A stretch of DNA of 64,000 nt from a virus (IMGVR_UViG_3300037488_002392); one strand, 5' to 3'; shown: positions 23,801 to 30,318, counted from the first letter of the stretch. Notes: generated from the letters alone by a model not told the origin. Numbers and translations: made by a program.

Positions 23801-26800
23801 TTAGATAAAGCGTGGAAAGAATATGACGGAGCAAGGAAAGACGTTGGAGTTGTTATTGAGAGTCCAAGTTTGCCAAGGGTTCCTTCGGAGTTAGATGAAT
23901 GGTTTGATACTATATGGATAAGGGCAAGCAAGGGTGAGAATATAGAGACTGAATATGTAGGATATCTGAATAGGGTATATCCAAAACAATATGATATGCC
24001 TACTGCTATCAGGATGGCACGCTCTATTATGAATGAGGCTACTAAAGCTGGTTCTATAGTTGATGACATCCAAACTGGCAGATTGTCTAGAATAAGGGAT
24101 AAGGCAAGTAAGGGTGAAGATATAACAGATGAATATGCGCAATGGTCAGCAGACGTTTATAAAGGTTTTTATACTCCTGAGCAAGTTAAGCAATTTGCGA
24201 AGGTACTTATGGAAGAGGCTGGTAAAGAAAAGGCAGGTCTTGAAGATGCCCAATATCAAAGATTGGTCGACATTAGGGAGAGGGCTAAGAAGGGTGAGGA
24301 TATTAGTCAAGAGTATGCACAGTGGTTAGAAGAAACCTACAAAGGCTTTTATGATGAGGCGCAGGTTGCGACTCTGACTAAGGAGTTGATTGACGATTCC
24401 AAGCTGGCTAATACTGATAGTTATTTATTGAAAGTAATGCGTGATAGCGGATTGGTGAAGATTCCCAAGACCCTCGCTGAGAAGGTGTCAGATGGAACTG
24501 CTACCGAGAAGGAGTTCAAGCAATATCACGTAGTGCAGTTTAAGGATACTACTGGTAACAGGATATCATCCAAACGTCTTCAGAAAGATTGGGAGACTTA
24601 TCAGGCTGGAGTTAGAGAAGCAGCTATTGATAGGGGGGTAGCATATGACCCGTATACATATCTGCTGAGCAGATATAGGGAAACAGGTGAGAAGGTTCTG
24701 TCTGATGCAGTCAAAGAACAATATATTAAGTACAGGGCATTAGAATATCCTGAATTGGCGGAACAGGCGCAGAAAGCGATTGATGGCGTTTTGAGCCAAG
24801 CGGAATATGCGGCATTTATAGAGAGAGCCATTGACTTAACTGGGCTATATCCTTCTACTGAACAAATGAGTTTTGTCCCCTTAAACAGGATAACACTTGC
24901 GATGGAAAGCGCAGAATGGAAAATTAATAGGGCACGGGACAGTATAGCAAGGTTGAATAACATGTTGGTTGACACTACTAAGTTGTCGATTGATAAGATT
25001 ACGAAGACTGCTAATGATTTGAATGTCATATTAAGCAGCGTGGCAAGGGATGCCTCGACTTATGTGAATTCAAAGTTATACTTTGTTCAGGATTGGGCAG
25101 ATAGTATTCAGATAGCGTCACAGGTAGCAAATTTATTGATGCAGCAGATAGCTAGCAAAGCATGGGATAAAGCAAGGACTTCTTTGGTTAAGATTAGTAA
25201 TGCTTTGGCAGGGTATGAAGTCCGATTAGCCAAATCAGTAAATACTGCGTGGACTAAAGTGAGTGATACTGCATATGATAGGGTGGGCAAACCTATTGGT
25301 GAAGCGGCATTGAAGATTTCTACTCTAACCACTGACCTGCTGAATACAGTCAGGAATGCCACAGTTGAGAATTGGGATAAGGCAAAGGTCAATATTAGCG
25401 AGAAAGTGGATAGGTTATCAACACAGGTAAATGATGTTTATCGAAGTTTTGGATATGTGAAGGATGTAATGGATTCTGCCTTGAGTGCGAGGATAGAGTC
25501 TGTTCTCAACGATGCGAGGAACAATATTGAAAACGTAAGACAGTTTGTAAATAGCACTACGGTAGAACTACTAAATGAGAACCGTGCTAAATTATTAGCT
25601 GCTATGGAAGACATTAATAATAAGGTGTCACCAATACTAGAGGAAACAGGTAGGTTTATTAAAGAGAATTCAGCGATGTTGAGTGATGCAGTTAATATGG
25701 CTTGGGGAGTGAGGTCAGCGCAGTTTGTCGATATGGCTACAAATATTAGTAGAGATATAAGTGATGTGGGCAAGAAGGTCGCTGCTCAAACATCAGTGCT
25801 GTGGAGCAAATCAAAAGCTGGTATAGTGGCAAGCATCGAATCTATCGAAGCAAACGTGGCGGAGTTGAGGAAGCAATTGGACTATGTGGGCACGCAGCTT
25901 GATTCCATATCTAGAGCAAGGATAGAGGGTATTCTCAATGATGCACAAGTTAATATAAGTAGTTGGAAAGAGATGGTGCAAAATACCACAGTAAAGTTGC
26001 TAGATGAGAATCGTGCCAAGATAGTGCAGCTATCCGTGGATATAAATAGTAAGGTAACTCCTATGGTGGAAGATGCCAGCCGTGCCTTCAAAGAAGGTAC
26101 TGCGATATTAGGGGATGCTGCCAGCATGGTATGGAATGTGCGTTCAGTACAGTTTATTGATATGGTTAATAAGATAAGCAGTGATATAGCTGATATCAGC
26201 AATCAGCTTGCTTCACAGGCAGTTGGAACGTGGAACACATCTAAGGCATTAATCATAGTGAATATCAGCAAAATAAATGCTGATATAGTTAGCTTGAAAC
26301 AGCAACTAGATTACGTTGGTACACAGGTTGATTCTTTAGCACGGGCAAGGGTAGAGAGTGCCCTTGATGAGGCGCAATCCAAATTGAGCGTATGGGGCGA
26401 GCTGGTGAAGAACACCACGGCAAAGACATTATCTGATAATAGGGCTAAGATGGTTGAGGTAGCTACGGACATTAATAACAGGATTACTCCTATAGTGGAT
26501 GACATATCAAACAAAGTTGGTACGGCTGCTTGGGAGTCATACAGGAAATTGTCACAAATAAGTACTAATATATCTAACGAGTTGCAATCGTTTTATAATA
26601 CGGTTGCTAACTACACAAGAACCTACAAGGATTTGACTGTTGCAGGGATAGAGGCAAGGATGACCACTTTGCGTGCGATGATAGCGGAAGCTAAGTTAGT
26701 TGGTGATGAGGTAGCTATTCTTGCCAAGAATAACCTTATATCTGAAAGGGTGAATGACTATTATAATGATATTAGTAGCAATTTAGATATAATGTTCAAC

Positions 26801-28975
26801 GGATTGAAACGGGCTATTGATGAGAAGCGTGCTGACTTGAGTCCTGCATTAAGTAGAACCGTGATGGATGCTATCGCTATGAACGATAATGCTAAGAAAG
26901 CAGTGTCAGGGATGATTGCAGAGGTTGCGTTAGTAAGCATGGCTGCATTACGAGAATGGAATATGAAGGTAGTCAACCCTTTGATTGATGTGTCTGCCAA
27001 GATTGATAGTGCTATAGATAATGCCGCTTTGCTGACATCGTTATATGCAAAGGGTAAATTAGCAGAGGGTCAGGCAAATGTCCAGAAGCTAGCAGCCACC
27101 CTTGCCCCTTATATAGATGATGCTAGATACACTGCAAGTGAAATTGCACGGTTAACGAAGAATAACTTATTATCGGAGAAAGTAGCTAACTCCTTTAACG
27201 ATGTGAAGATAAATGTAGATGGGTTGTTAAAATCATTATCTGATGATATATCAAATGGTCGGGCTGACTTAAGCGCAAAGAGTCAGGAGTTAGTTACTAA
27301 GTTGTTAGATGCTAATAGCAAATTCAACGATATAGTCAGCGATACAAAGTTGATGGCGAGTCTTATATCAGAGGCTATGGTTGGAGCAGTAGATGAAGCA
27401 GTATTCAGGTCTGAAATGCTGATGGATAATATGGGAAGGGCAATCGATAACTTAGCGACACAGATTAAGCAGTCTGAGTTTACTCAAGCAACGATTAATA
27501 ATATCAATAATGGGATTGATGGATTCAATGGTAAGGTTGAGGAACTCAAGTTGATGAGTGAATTTTTGAAGAATGCTTATAGCAATAAGGCACATGAGAA
27601 GTATACAGACATGATAAGCAAGATGGGGAATGCCGTTGGCTCATTGCGTAAGTTTGCAATAGAAATACAGGGCAAGACTGGGGCAGCATTAGGAGCAGTT
27701 CAGGCACGATGGGCTGCTCTGTTGGATGATATTAAGCTCTATATGTCAGCAAGCAAATACAATTTTGGTGAATATAAGAATGACTTGAAACAGGGTGAAG
27801 TGCTAGGGGCAACTAACGTCAGAAAGTCTAATAAAGCTGATGCGGTCAATCAGTACAAACAAGCCTATGTGCGGATACAGGAACAGATAGCTAGGGAAAG
27901 GATAAAGCAGGGCCAATGGATGAGGGATGCCGCTAAGGTATTTGATGACAATCCAAGGCTGGCAGATAGGATGAGGGATGCAACTATATCTGCAACAGAA
28001 ATGCATAATCTCTTTGATGGGATATTGCCTAAAGATATTCTGGATAATGAGATAGCACGCATAGAGGCTATAAAGGCATCTAAGGGAACAGTTGGAGATA
28101 TTCCAAGCAAGTTATTAGATGAGGCACGCAGGGCAAGGCGTACAGATGAACCGAGGGTAGCACCTTTCAAACCAAGTATCTCTGTTCTTGTTCCAGCTAC
28201 CATACCTGATAGGGTAGATGCAGGGGGAAGACCAAGAGATTTCCTTACATCCTCAAGGATGATTTTGGCTGAGAGGAAAGAGCCACGACCCAGTGTTACT
28301 CCTCGTCCTGAACCACGACCTGTGCCCGCTATACGTCCTGAACCACGACCTGTGCCCGCTATACGTCCTGAACCACGTCCTGAACCAAATCCTCGTCCTG
28401 AACCACGACCTGATGGCGGAAGAGGAGATGGTGGTAGAGGCGGTGGAGGCAGAGGAGGCGGAGAACGTGGCGGAGGAGACAGGGGTGGTGGTGGTCGAGG
28501 GGGAGGAGGTCGTGGCGGTGGTGGTCGTGGTGGTGGGACTGGAGGGGGAATACGTAGTTTCCCTGTTATCCCGAAAGAGAAGAAGCGCACTTGGGATTCT
28601 CTGACTCGTGAAGAAAAGCTCGCATCCATAGTTTGGAAACAGGGTTGGGCATTTTGGTGTCTACCCCCGATGTACTCCCAAAAAGATTTGATTTACAGTA
28701 ATAAGCCATTTGCAGGGACTAAAATACATTCAGGCCCTAAATCAGCTTACAAGTCTGTGGCCAAAGTGAAAGGTGCCCAGCTTCCAGACAGAATAGATAT
28801 CGACCTAGGCATCATGGATTTATCTTTTGTAAGAGACAAAGATAGTAAAGATGTGAAAGTTTTCTACCGTGCAGACCCACTCCAAAAGACAACTGGTCAA
28901 GGGCCTTCCAATGTTCCAGAGACATTAACTCATCGTACTGGTCATGTTATAACGCAAGTTTCTTCAGTAGGTTGA
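8849..28975 (+). CDS. Giant multidomain protein of 6708 aa. It has a Pro/Ala/Gly-rich N-terminus, a three-fold repeated module bearing three zincin-like HExxH motifs, a CxxC thioredoxin-like segment, a GNAT-like segment, three tandem ~130-aa coiled-coil repeats and a C-terminal (PEPRP)n + (RGG)n tail.
   Basis: The 20,127-nt ORF is uninterrupted, with AAAGGGA SD before the ATG. The three HExxH motifs are HELSH (~14020), HEFGH (~15800) and HESGH (~16950), each preceded by a paralogous P(V/I)E.QQK..DAG segment. Internal repeats are visible at the protein and DNA level. Confidence 0.85.
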   Translation: MNYEELLRRLPVQRSLRYCNSPAPAAVAAAPPSPPSPSSLGDISPSSLDGGWGNTPGAAPPAAPPPGMATQAGAMQGILSNLGIALSTGGGASAPTGAPSIAWNPSQSLAFSQKYQMEPTGLTPQGFVYGTHGLDNGGGGGGGGDGKYRVGASPLVPDEDAKTMVTEGPYMGWTDSGTTKGSKGALTSIIGYAKGFGVPTGLSNLGFTYSSNPMAATAHNNNIGEKHDVDLTNTFEGYYRAVNAAIPPAKGVPAFNPGEKAWSEMWGRANVYTTQHEGDASPKNMVAILGAGPNSEIDSGSNTSVEDLIGVNGKILLYSDNKPVKGYVTRDNEGKIIAQSHVAYNADGSVASVSGALVGTGFMKAGQKIISLITVTPSEGNIWAQLRAGVSPNTDLLVEAEHQAYVNGVANGENVDGISNRPATAYGVLAAAGYSQAANAAYGNAVNVAQMKANAEGTVGPITRANMELAEGVAVYDKKGNEKAPTLRWDLVTGKVLVLPGAVAPQPSSDGLVSVAPKNWIEWGDFVKMANSADFKGIGQILDSTERAKYIDVLQKAAELYVKAAEAAPSKFAIDNKLDGKEKEAIVAIINGAKTSGGTDWVKAKYNIEDMRRGINQALSMPLGTEYIPPYSSEIKPKIEDGAGRFNAVESVYNDMVKEYAPAVVAAVVDWGAALRKSYGEASVLAQEALNSYQVRLLQTYAKYKGDWSKIGPVMAKVVADAQSSAESMEGAPASILPMFSQTIFTTKAEIIPSNPNMSKIERLPNGSYLAQYAGKIFNIKIDGSWNRYISDGDKYVLVPESELVAEDAELANAIIAEIKNEGAAVVVPGKTEAKVESHLEEEMPLPYGAPSKPLRGELIHLKEGAITQVPTQQAEFTGMLTDNTSVKLPNVLNNPAIRVVGVADNLEAIGIEYGGHNWAVEKRVVDGKVVYAACWGGSCKPTIYDSYDSVVGAITSGKVKFSETEANDTWESLTKMYALKPVAVQYPSIQNLSPQQIVDNALATRSSWIEPKKAGYDPLKDSFWKTVVDSFSLLGISPSLELKSQTEKPLLTILAEADIKDSKRITGEAVIPFWFDPSNESLKVEAFPLQFRGVVKAVNTANAQVYGEKKLGEGIAYIGWLSAFATALKMQNLTELHDSLVATTKYDLDKIYNSTELSEAAKDSLFNINSTSRTIKSNDEVAKIFAQNGIKDDAYKVKGSATDLKYDLDKINNSKTIPQAVKDSLYDIAYGTDASARTRKSDSEITKILEQNNIPTEAYLRPEADILIDWVSKNIKPDKLIPFSAWTEPNANYTIEGIVDGAIVKLILTMEDVAIVALGPWMVQSLLRDVIQRTFAPATLITGEPAKAASLWVALKAIFSTTCTNGGCFSNALPAILSAIGDVTVKIAGGKIGGASLVTHLSSQPVDAETPSLMATAVSGKTIPYRGELTDEQMGTNKVDYGNAVIGPDGKMITVGDGELRDYIGKSKGIVVVQTISAGCRMCEQQFADARKAIGEKYGYDNPYITYVLLNKNDDGTLSLINSLVAQGAAFTLEGTPETQIIINGKLLSYKEGGFIDGYKSDFVGILEKIATEQGINIFKGGFEAKPVQGAIPPVVPISKGNANLILASAVSFVKYDPHTILPADAKEIGLPPIPIEPSKIDLEKLDPKSSDTIWLTCYKNYNIPVEEQQKYYDAGIMLYEDSLDSSNLGYFIPGEKKVSLNIPLLQELLSNDKSMVVERTFAHELSHYQWDTELSSGQKKAFAIDILRTIKDDPFSPLAQEMRDVVGLYSGHYEGDLSFLVDIDSMDFERWNPDGYTKSFIEWTANRIFNEMHSRIFEDTYRARRLNMQIPIPDNLKQYFVSGTMDNKPDAKPFDYQIFKSQLSGIGGSLPMLENKPVPGSYRVGPSNEVDGPPELSDQVVATFTGKGTVKGRGNAPDTDMTVFYAVVKNPDGSVGGLWYKDAGGKWQEGDYKYHPKTGEIETIVCDMGGACSLRASDWKEGIKYVVDSKWAMPTVSAPPTAGSLPKEKVWGAQPVEKGKDSDWWAFFKPVIFAVDSLMLQASGFTQDEIDSGIKKGYTIPQLKQIAEEANKDRNAPNIKKDGLLRYGEDTLKVQPEKPQHVSQEVTINTQYLAQDVVTPLVADATGKVETKKLSKSATLLGPSLELTSPGGTKFIFDDKGELVSATKDKFTDRSELNNGWERVDVTQLMKARLQLEKYGNEPPVPMDYTGKNDNYDITTAEGIWRTWYQDYKVPVELQQKIKDAGIRLNISELKAEYAAQYEETINIHKDENILGKIIREVLSGKDSNDYVINMAMPPEEGVIMLGGGPLASIGHEFGHFLYGRGSDEQHKQLIAASKTIPNYSEIKNRVISVLGYDADTISKVWSSAELDDRVANEIYASLFNKLFDSRSRDYGVDLKLVPDDVKDTFFKAFSIKDDKMTSLGLSYSDLVNGTGWAMDALLESGKTSQALDKVIEDSLYRSGTKEETAFDKEIIKWIRGEKGVERTIPSYSEVKGKLVQLAKDITDGKISLDGAPVDVMNAIAALAREMPELGAPEAKPMRGELIKDYKQRSLADTFLAQINAPAVGLLEQLGDEKTLPGVINTWNKNTLPPKPHQYTLAEREAILSKKPESTNDYWKYQYAKFETPIELQQKIYDAQPRIFLTSGMGVAMGGLAFANPLTMLITALGGKSPFVGTDSLMLVAKEGTPDDIAFTFAHESGHYLYNGLPQQDKAKVTESLLTLSSRTSMVSSVSDAYKRLYGDIIGGLKGQSAVDNETFAEIFATIMTGKKNEWGYLADARIGLKELMDFQSIVMPYINKGLPSTRLSEEYKTETMLNEIRQTIFHKESFDPTHVTEWDKQVLASFDAHKEGKDNGDGTWSTTFNYKDIKADLQKIIDANKSGMETVEGAPDELKPIGRTEVIREFPTEILEPIGKTEIIHLPIITSGVSSDIFAPKPTQEIIEPKTIQLIKDGKGGDFPRKDGIYYKGGSGGTVVEYFIERGAGDIPLSIWYRDPKGIWASENFSRVGTDVKIECTQGLCAFHAADLAAGVKYIIDKGWKSYEAPSGVMPPVTPPASSTESKPEYETRNGVRVLKPRDGMPKEGMKWDILAPAVSSEEGRLLRSLGFKQFEIQAGIEKGYSVPQLKQIADMASKEKAHPTILREGLLKWGEETLKVQPEMPQSLLNDIPTTKEMIAGIKDRQTLGTAGDLSPFENTALGIVVDNTDEQGNVAWGKVTNGIKGLIALANSGAYPLKGTPARLAKSEVTEIKPITATVGDMAAVMAGSAFGQGISLEPWRVEAEGGDNRLLPINGATVTPSKSPNAPGGKDVTYASGGIGYVLSFMDNGKLACVSIDIGGKGNPVILYPEQLRGDNKIECSGGQCINMSAGLKPGLDWADSYISSGMELPEGRVFRDKSEAEPLKQVVVPPAKAEVVTSADAVAVPITKWKAESLQDQSSGNKESILAGFNSYGDKLYVSIGQLKEYQETVGKDMFKLLWDSGGAHNVNKYIDSQKASEETMEDTFRDMTVNGFLKWDKGSWKGETVGVSGNVPSPQDVSKALKTEDGFKGWDFGFSGFANFLRDKNVPDVEIENRLCSVGCNNTVEVMKTIPPDHFMSNKEFGEKYGDSTLSRKIVPRIGDEYRMGEGKNDPRFATGITDYGLAAGTKQDNPWLGFSAQVLNRWTQFTMDLDKGMEPLNVKRSPEAERQAELAQAIIDNSTTIRLSGRGAKSDTELGAVLGVSTQSGLGIFSPPISTKAKEDVYKMYDSAGEELGVMYSTDNLHKQFMGGKQKPVGEDAGSDAMRLLAAATSGVVTVAKMVGWDVPITVNKMAIDTIQGQFGDAFKAATLTSAGILLSPLTQTATSAEFMGKGDWPRGLGEFTGFMIGMFVGPKEIFQAGRRVLNVIDPSRSTYRAGFVEISLPATIHKDMIDIAILTAQNMAMEKINEAYYRGEKLPSEYRIPTTQGIVRVRISPEAMVDPMPSLSHVTNNPGLITGLRHDGAFVVGDRGIGSPALSLFVTGVGSAGGTVHFGLRLKEGEVPYAIKTIVSPTEFTNIPPTVRNKLWWHKSTDAMKALTKAWLEGDFGEEFMIATAKFWHKAGNLVEYEEAAPFKMVFTAAEKKMLPGYVKYERIDKDGKLIPDGDNTTPVAREIPYTLMESPIEMANDKGIVVIPQYGTYKEYLTISRAAWDFAIENNRPLLPSLMDTYKRELISVQQQVKALLEGKLRVNVNLATPEDLLTTSSPFYLAEKGVEVQPLKQSMYDDYQMRLDEPNNVTGQMGGIIVRFPEPFPLGADHQPFKKVELSQFGRVGGLVRSGQTIIPIDFKKGELILAVAQTDPLPRGMTKNFMEVPPGAFQKMVRKNPKEKFLTHHSNNELADYKLVVNKQLNSGYAVTPSGELVNFFNNGKKGEGAIVLLDAIGKGARNLNAFDGWLVGYYKKFGFVEVGRKKSTQAGIPDTVDMEYKGPAMFDDLVDVAAKNLGHSAKWAGSVKKMFKNEGEPLTVWGDAGGAIDMFEVNNFTDAANHSLRHELGYNVAGNLLKYIGTLLSKRKDHSLPGAQVWIADVSGMGNPVLKNAWNDRYADGTHKMPEIAVWNRWNPRTERITVDVAVYHAIEKIAKDYPQLGIDMSKVTKYVGDDFYSRKNLLENEDVGFADRPAIPLDEVRNMGVERAILRDRMVASGQPIEITGPLYSTSEKISPIVEQMTLFAEALPGYVSLRQQKAFKDANALIESVKEGGAPTFVTVNVERIARDLGIDAETVAAYKFNPTELVKVMIEKVAEVEAELKKQEAAPVPTTAEIIGLNNLVEKMSKGKFEFTADELKLQIKFGKELLQMMEDKVAEMKQKGEGTQPVAQPPVQQTILTRDKNGVEVHEGDKLFYEKPDGTRVQVDLTIKDGGMSHEAIPYTIEGKETWLHNFRDTEGNAYWQVNRDRLVVEKVAQPKVAALDGVAKVALSQEQLDVIEAKIDNGSVSELEFKSFMADAIKKSDNVELSTIELDKAWKEYDGARKDVGVVIESPSLPRVPSELDEWFDTIWIRASKGENIETEYVGYLNRVYPKQYDMPTAIRMARSIMNEATKAGSIVDDIQTGRLSRIRDKASKGEDITDEYAQWSADVYKGFYTPEQVKQFAKVLMEEAGKEKAGLEDAQYQRLVDIRERAKKGEDISQEYAQWLEETYKGFYDEAQVATLTKELIDDSKLANTDSYLLKVMRDSGLVKIPKTLAEKVSDGTATEKEFKQYHVVQFKDTTGNRISSKRLQKDWETYQAGVREAAIDRGVAYDPYTYLLSRYRETGEKVLSDAVKEQYIKYRALEYPELAEQAQKAIDGVLSQAEYAAFIERAIDLTGLYPSTEQMSFVPLNRITLAMESAEWKINRARDSIARLNNMLVDTTKLSIDKITKTANDLNVILSSVARDASTYVNSKLYFVQDWADSIQIASQVANLLMQQIASKAWDKARTSLVKISNALAGYEVRLAKSVNTAWTKVSDTAYDRVGKPIGEAALKISTLTTDLLNTVRNATVENWDKAKVNISEKVDRLSTQVNDVYRSFGYVKDVMDSALSARIESVLNDARNNIENVRQFVNSTTVELLNENRAKLLAAMEDINNKVSPILEETGRFIKENSAMLSDAVNMAWGVRSAQFVDMATNISRDISDVGKKVAAQTSVLWSKSKAGIVASIESIEANVAELRKQLDYVGTQLDSISRARIEGILNDAQVNISSWKEMVQNTTVKLLDENRAKIVQLSVDINSKVTPMVEDASRAFKEGTAILGDAASMVWNVRSVQFIDMVNKISSDIADISNQLASQAVGTWNTSKALIIVNISKINADIVSLKQQLDYVGTQVDSLARARVESALDEAQSKLSVWGELVKNTTAKTLSDNRAKMVEVATDINNRITPIVDDISNKVGTAAWESYRKLSQISTNISNELQSFYNTVANYTRTYKDLTVAGIEARMTTLRAMIAEAKLVGDEVAILAKNNLISERVNDYYNDISSNLDIMFNGLKRAIDEKRADLSPALSRTVMDAIAMNDNAKKAVSGMIAEVALVSMAALREWNMKVVNPLIDVSAKIDSAIDNAALLTSLYAKGKLAEGQANVQKLAATLAPYIDDARYTASEIARLTKNNLLSEKVANSFNDVKINVDGLLKSLSDDISNGRADLSAKSQELVTKLLDANSKFNDIVSDTKLMASLISEAMVGAVDEAVFRSEMLMDNMGRAIDNLATQIKQSEFTQATINNINNGIDGFNGKVEELKLMSEFLKNAYSNKAHEKYTDMISKMGNAVGSLRKFAIEIQGKTGAALGAVQARWAALLDDIKLYMSASKYNFGEYKNDLKQGEVLGATNVRKSNKADAVNQYKQAYVRIQEQIARERIKQGQWMRDAAKVFDDNPRLADRMRDATISATEMHNLFDGILPKDILDNEIARIEAIKASKGTVGDIPSKLLDEARRARRTDEPRVAPFKPSISVLVPATIPDRVDAGGRPRDFLTSSRMILAERKEPRPSVTPRPEPRPVPAIRPEPRPVPAIRPEPRPEPNPRPEPRPDGGRGDGGRGGGGRGGGERGGGDRGGGGRGGGGRGGGGRGGGTGGGIRSFPVIPKEKKRTWDSLTREEKLASIVWKQGWAFWCLPPMYSQKDLIYSNKPFAGTKIHSGPKSAYKSVAKVKGAQLPDRIDIDLGIMDLSFVRDKDSKDVKVFYRADPLQKTTGQGPSNVPETLTHRTGHVITQVSSVG
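25430..26520 (+). repeat. Three tandem ~390-nt (about 130-aa) repeats inside the giant ORF encoding coiled-coil-like segments.
   Basis: The protein segments LDYVGTQLDSISRARIEGILNDAQVNIS..., LDYVGTQVDSLARARVESALDEAQSKLS... and ...ALSARIESVLNDARNNIE... align with matching downstream TTVKLLDENRAK / TTAKTLSDNRAK / TTVELLNENRAK. Confidence 0.75.
28306..28365 (+). repeat. Perfect 30-bp tandem duplication (CCTGAACCACGACCTGTGCCCGCTATACGT x2) encoding PEPRPVPAIR x2 inside the giant ORF. It is followed by PEPRP and RGG repeat coding.
   Basis: Direct inspection of 28306-28335 and 28336-28365. RGG-type repeats are encoded at 28420-28550. Confidence 0.9.
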
Positions 28976-28977
28976 TT

Positions 28978-29865
28978 ATGGGAACTATAGGAAATAAATC
29001 ACGCACAGGAATGACTAATTCTCCCGAAATGAGGGCAAATATTAGTAAGGCATTGATGGGTTCTAAATGTGGGCTAGGGAATAAGAGTAGAACAGGACAA
29101 AAGCGTTCACCTGAAGAGATTGCCAAGCAAGTAGCTGCTTATCATGCAGGTGGTTATAAGCCTACAGAGGAACATAAGAGAAAATGCTCAGAGGCATTAA
29201 AAGGCAGAAAAAAGCCAGATGGTTTTGGTAAAGCAGTTAGTGATGCGTGGAAGAATGGGCGTAAGGTATCTATTGTCACAAGAGAGAAATTGAGTAAAGC
29301 ATCAAAAGGCAAGAAATGGACTGATGAACATAAATATTATATGTCAGAGTTATTTAAAGGTAGACCAATAAGTGAAGAACAGAAAAAACAGATTAGTGAA
29401 ACATTGAAAAAACAAAGTAAAGAACTATCAGAACGTGGCAAGAAACTTTGGCAAGACCCTGAAAAAGTCAAAGTAATGGTCAAAAAGATGCGTTGGGCTA
29501 GGCAGCAAAGACCTAATAATCTAGAAGCAGGTGTTATGGAGATGCTGAATAAACATTTTCCTGATGAGTGGCAATATTCTGGGAATGGTGGATTAGTTTT
29601 AGGTAGATGTTGTCCCGATTTTGTTCGCAATCATGGGCATAACCAAGTGATAGAAATATATGGTGATTACTGGCATCGTGGAGAAAATCCCCAAGATAGA
29701 GTGGATTTGTTTGATACTTATGGTTATAAGACATTAGTTATATGGGAGAATGAGGTTCACTCAATGAGTGAGGATGATTTTGTTAAGTTAGTATTCAAGT
29801 TTATGCAGAAGGTAGATTTATTCTACTATACTACAGATAGGGCAAACCAAATATCATTGGCTTAA
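28978..29865 (+). CDS. Homing-endonuclease-like protein (NUMOD3 repeats + Vsr/EDxHD-like nuclease), paralog 2.
   Basis: Starts immediately after the giant ORF stop. NUMOD3-like KHS.E / SEE.K.KIS motifs. C-terminal EIYGDYWH and YGYKTLVIWENEV. Confidence 0.6.
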   Translation: MGTIGNKSRTGMTNSPEMRANISKALMGSKCGLGNKSRTGQKRSPEEIAKQVAAYHAGGYKPTEEHKRKCSEALKGRKKPDGFGKAVSDAWKNGRKVSIVTREKLSKASKGKKWTDEHKYYMSELFKGRPISEEQKKQISETLKKQSKELSERGKKLWQDPEKVKVMVKKMRWARQQRPNNLEAGVMEMLNKHFPDEWQYSGNGGLVLGRCCPDFVRNHGHNQVIEIYGDYWHRGENPQDRVDLFDTYGYKTLVIWENEVHSMSEDDFVKLVFKFMQKVDLFYYTTDRANQISLA

Positions 29866-29887
29866 TGCTCATAGCATTTGTATTTTG
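29864..29887 (+). terminator. Candidate rho-independent terminator.
   Basis: AATGCT-cat-AGCATT hairpin followed by TGTATTTT. Confidence 0.35.
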
Positions 29888-29935
29888 CACCCTCCCCCCT
29901 TTAATACATTTCAGTACCAATACGTATGACATTGA

Positions 29936-29964
29936 TTGACATAGATTGTATAATATGTTATATT
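29936..29964 (+). promoter_or_regulatory. Sigma70-like promoter, TTGACA-N17-TATATT.
   Basis: Exact -35 consensus with a 17-nt spacer and a TATATT -10. It is followed by an AGGAGG SD and the ATG at 29997. Confidence 0.5.
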
Positions 29965-29996
29965 AGGGGTAATAAGTAGGTATTAGGAGGATTAAT

Positions 29997-30107
29997 ATGA
30001 AAAGGTTTAGCAATATAGACTGGTATGGTATTTTGATGGTCTTGGCTCTAGTTGGATGGATAATGTTGATGGCTATTGTGTATATGGGGTATTTACCATA
30101 TAAATAA
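29997..30107 (+). CDS. Small hydrophobic peptide of 36 aa.
   Basis: AGGAGG SD 7 nt upstream. MKRFSNIDWYGILMVLALVGWIMLMAIVYMGYLPYK forms one TM helix. Confidence 0.5.
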   Translation: MKRFSNIDWYGILMVLALVGWIMLMAIVYMGYLPYK

Positions 30108-30318
30108 CAGCTTCTGTCTTGAAGGCTCTAGGTTATATATAAAGCTTTGGTTAATCTTTTGGGGAGGGTTACTACTGGGAACGATAACATTTCTTGCTAC
30201 CTTCCTTATGAAGGATGATTTTGCGTTTGCTATTATGATTGGTTTATTGCTGTGCCTATGTTCTTGGACAGTAGCCTGTATAATAGGGTGGATATTGGAT
30301 AAGTTGGAGAATAAATGA
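30076..30318 (+). CDS. Small membrane protein. The start is uncertain, possibly an internal ATG at 30208.
   Basis: Hydrophobic ORF with 2 TM segments. Overlaps the preceding small ORF. Confidence 0.35.
   Translation: MCIWGIYHINNSFCLEGSRLYIKLWLIFWGGLLLGTITFLATFLMKDDFAFAIMIGLLLCLCSWTVACIIGWILDKLENK

Noticed and set aside
9193-28629. Numerous minus-strand and off-frame ORFs inside the giant gene (for example 18343..18957, 23473..24069, 25438..25773, 27865..28629, 28293..28604).
   Set aside because: They are antisense or out-of-frame to a continuous, clearly coding 20-kb ORF. 27865..28629 and 28293..28604 are the mirror of the PEPRP/RGG low-complexity repeats. None has an SD.
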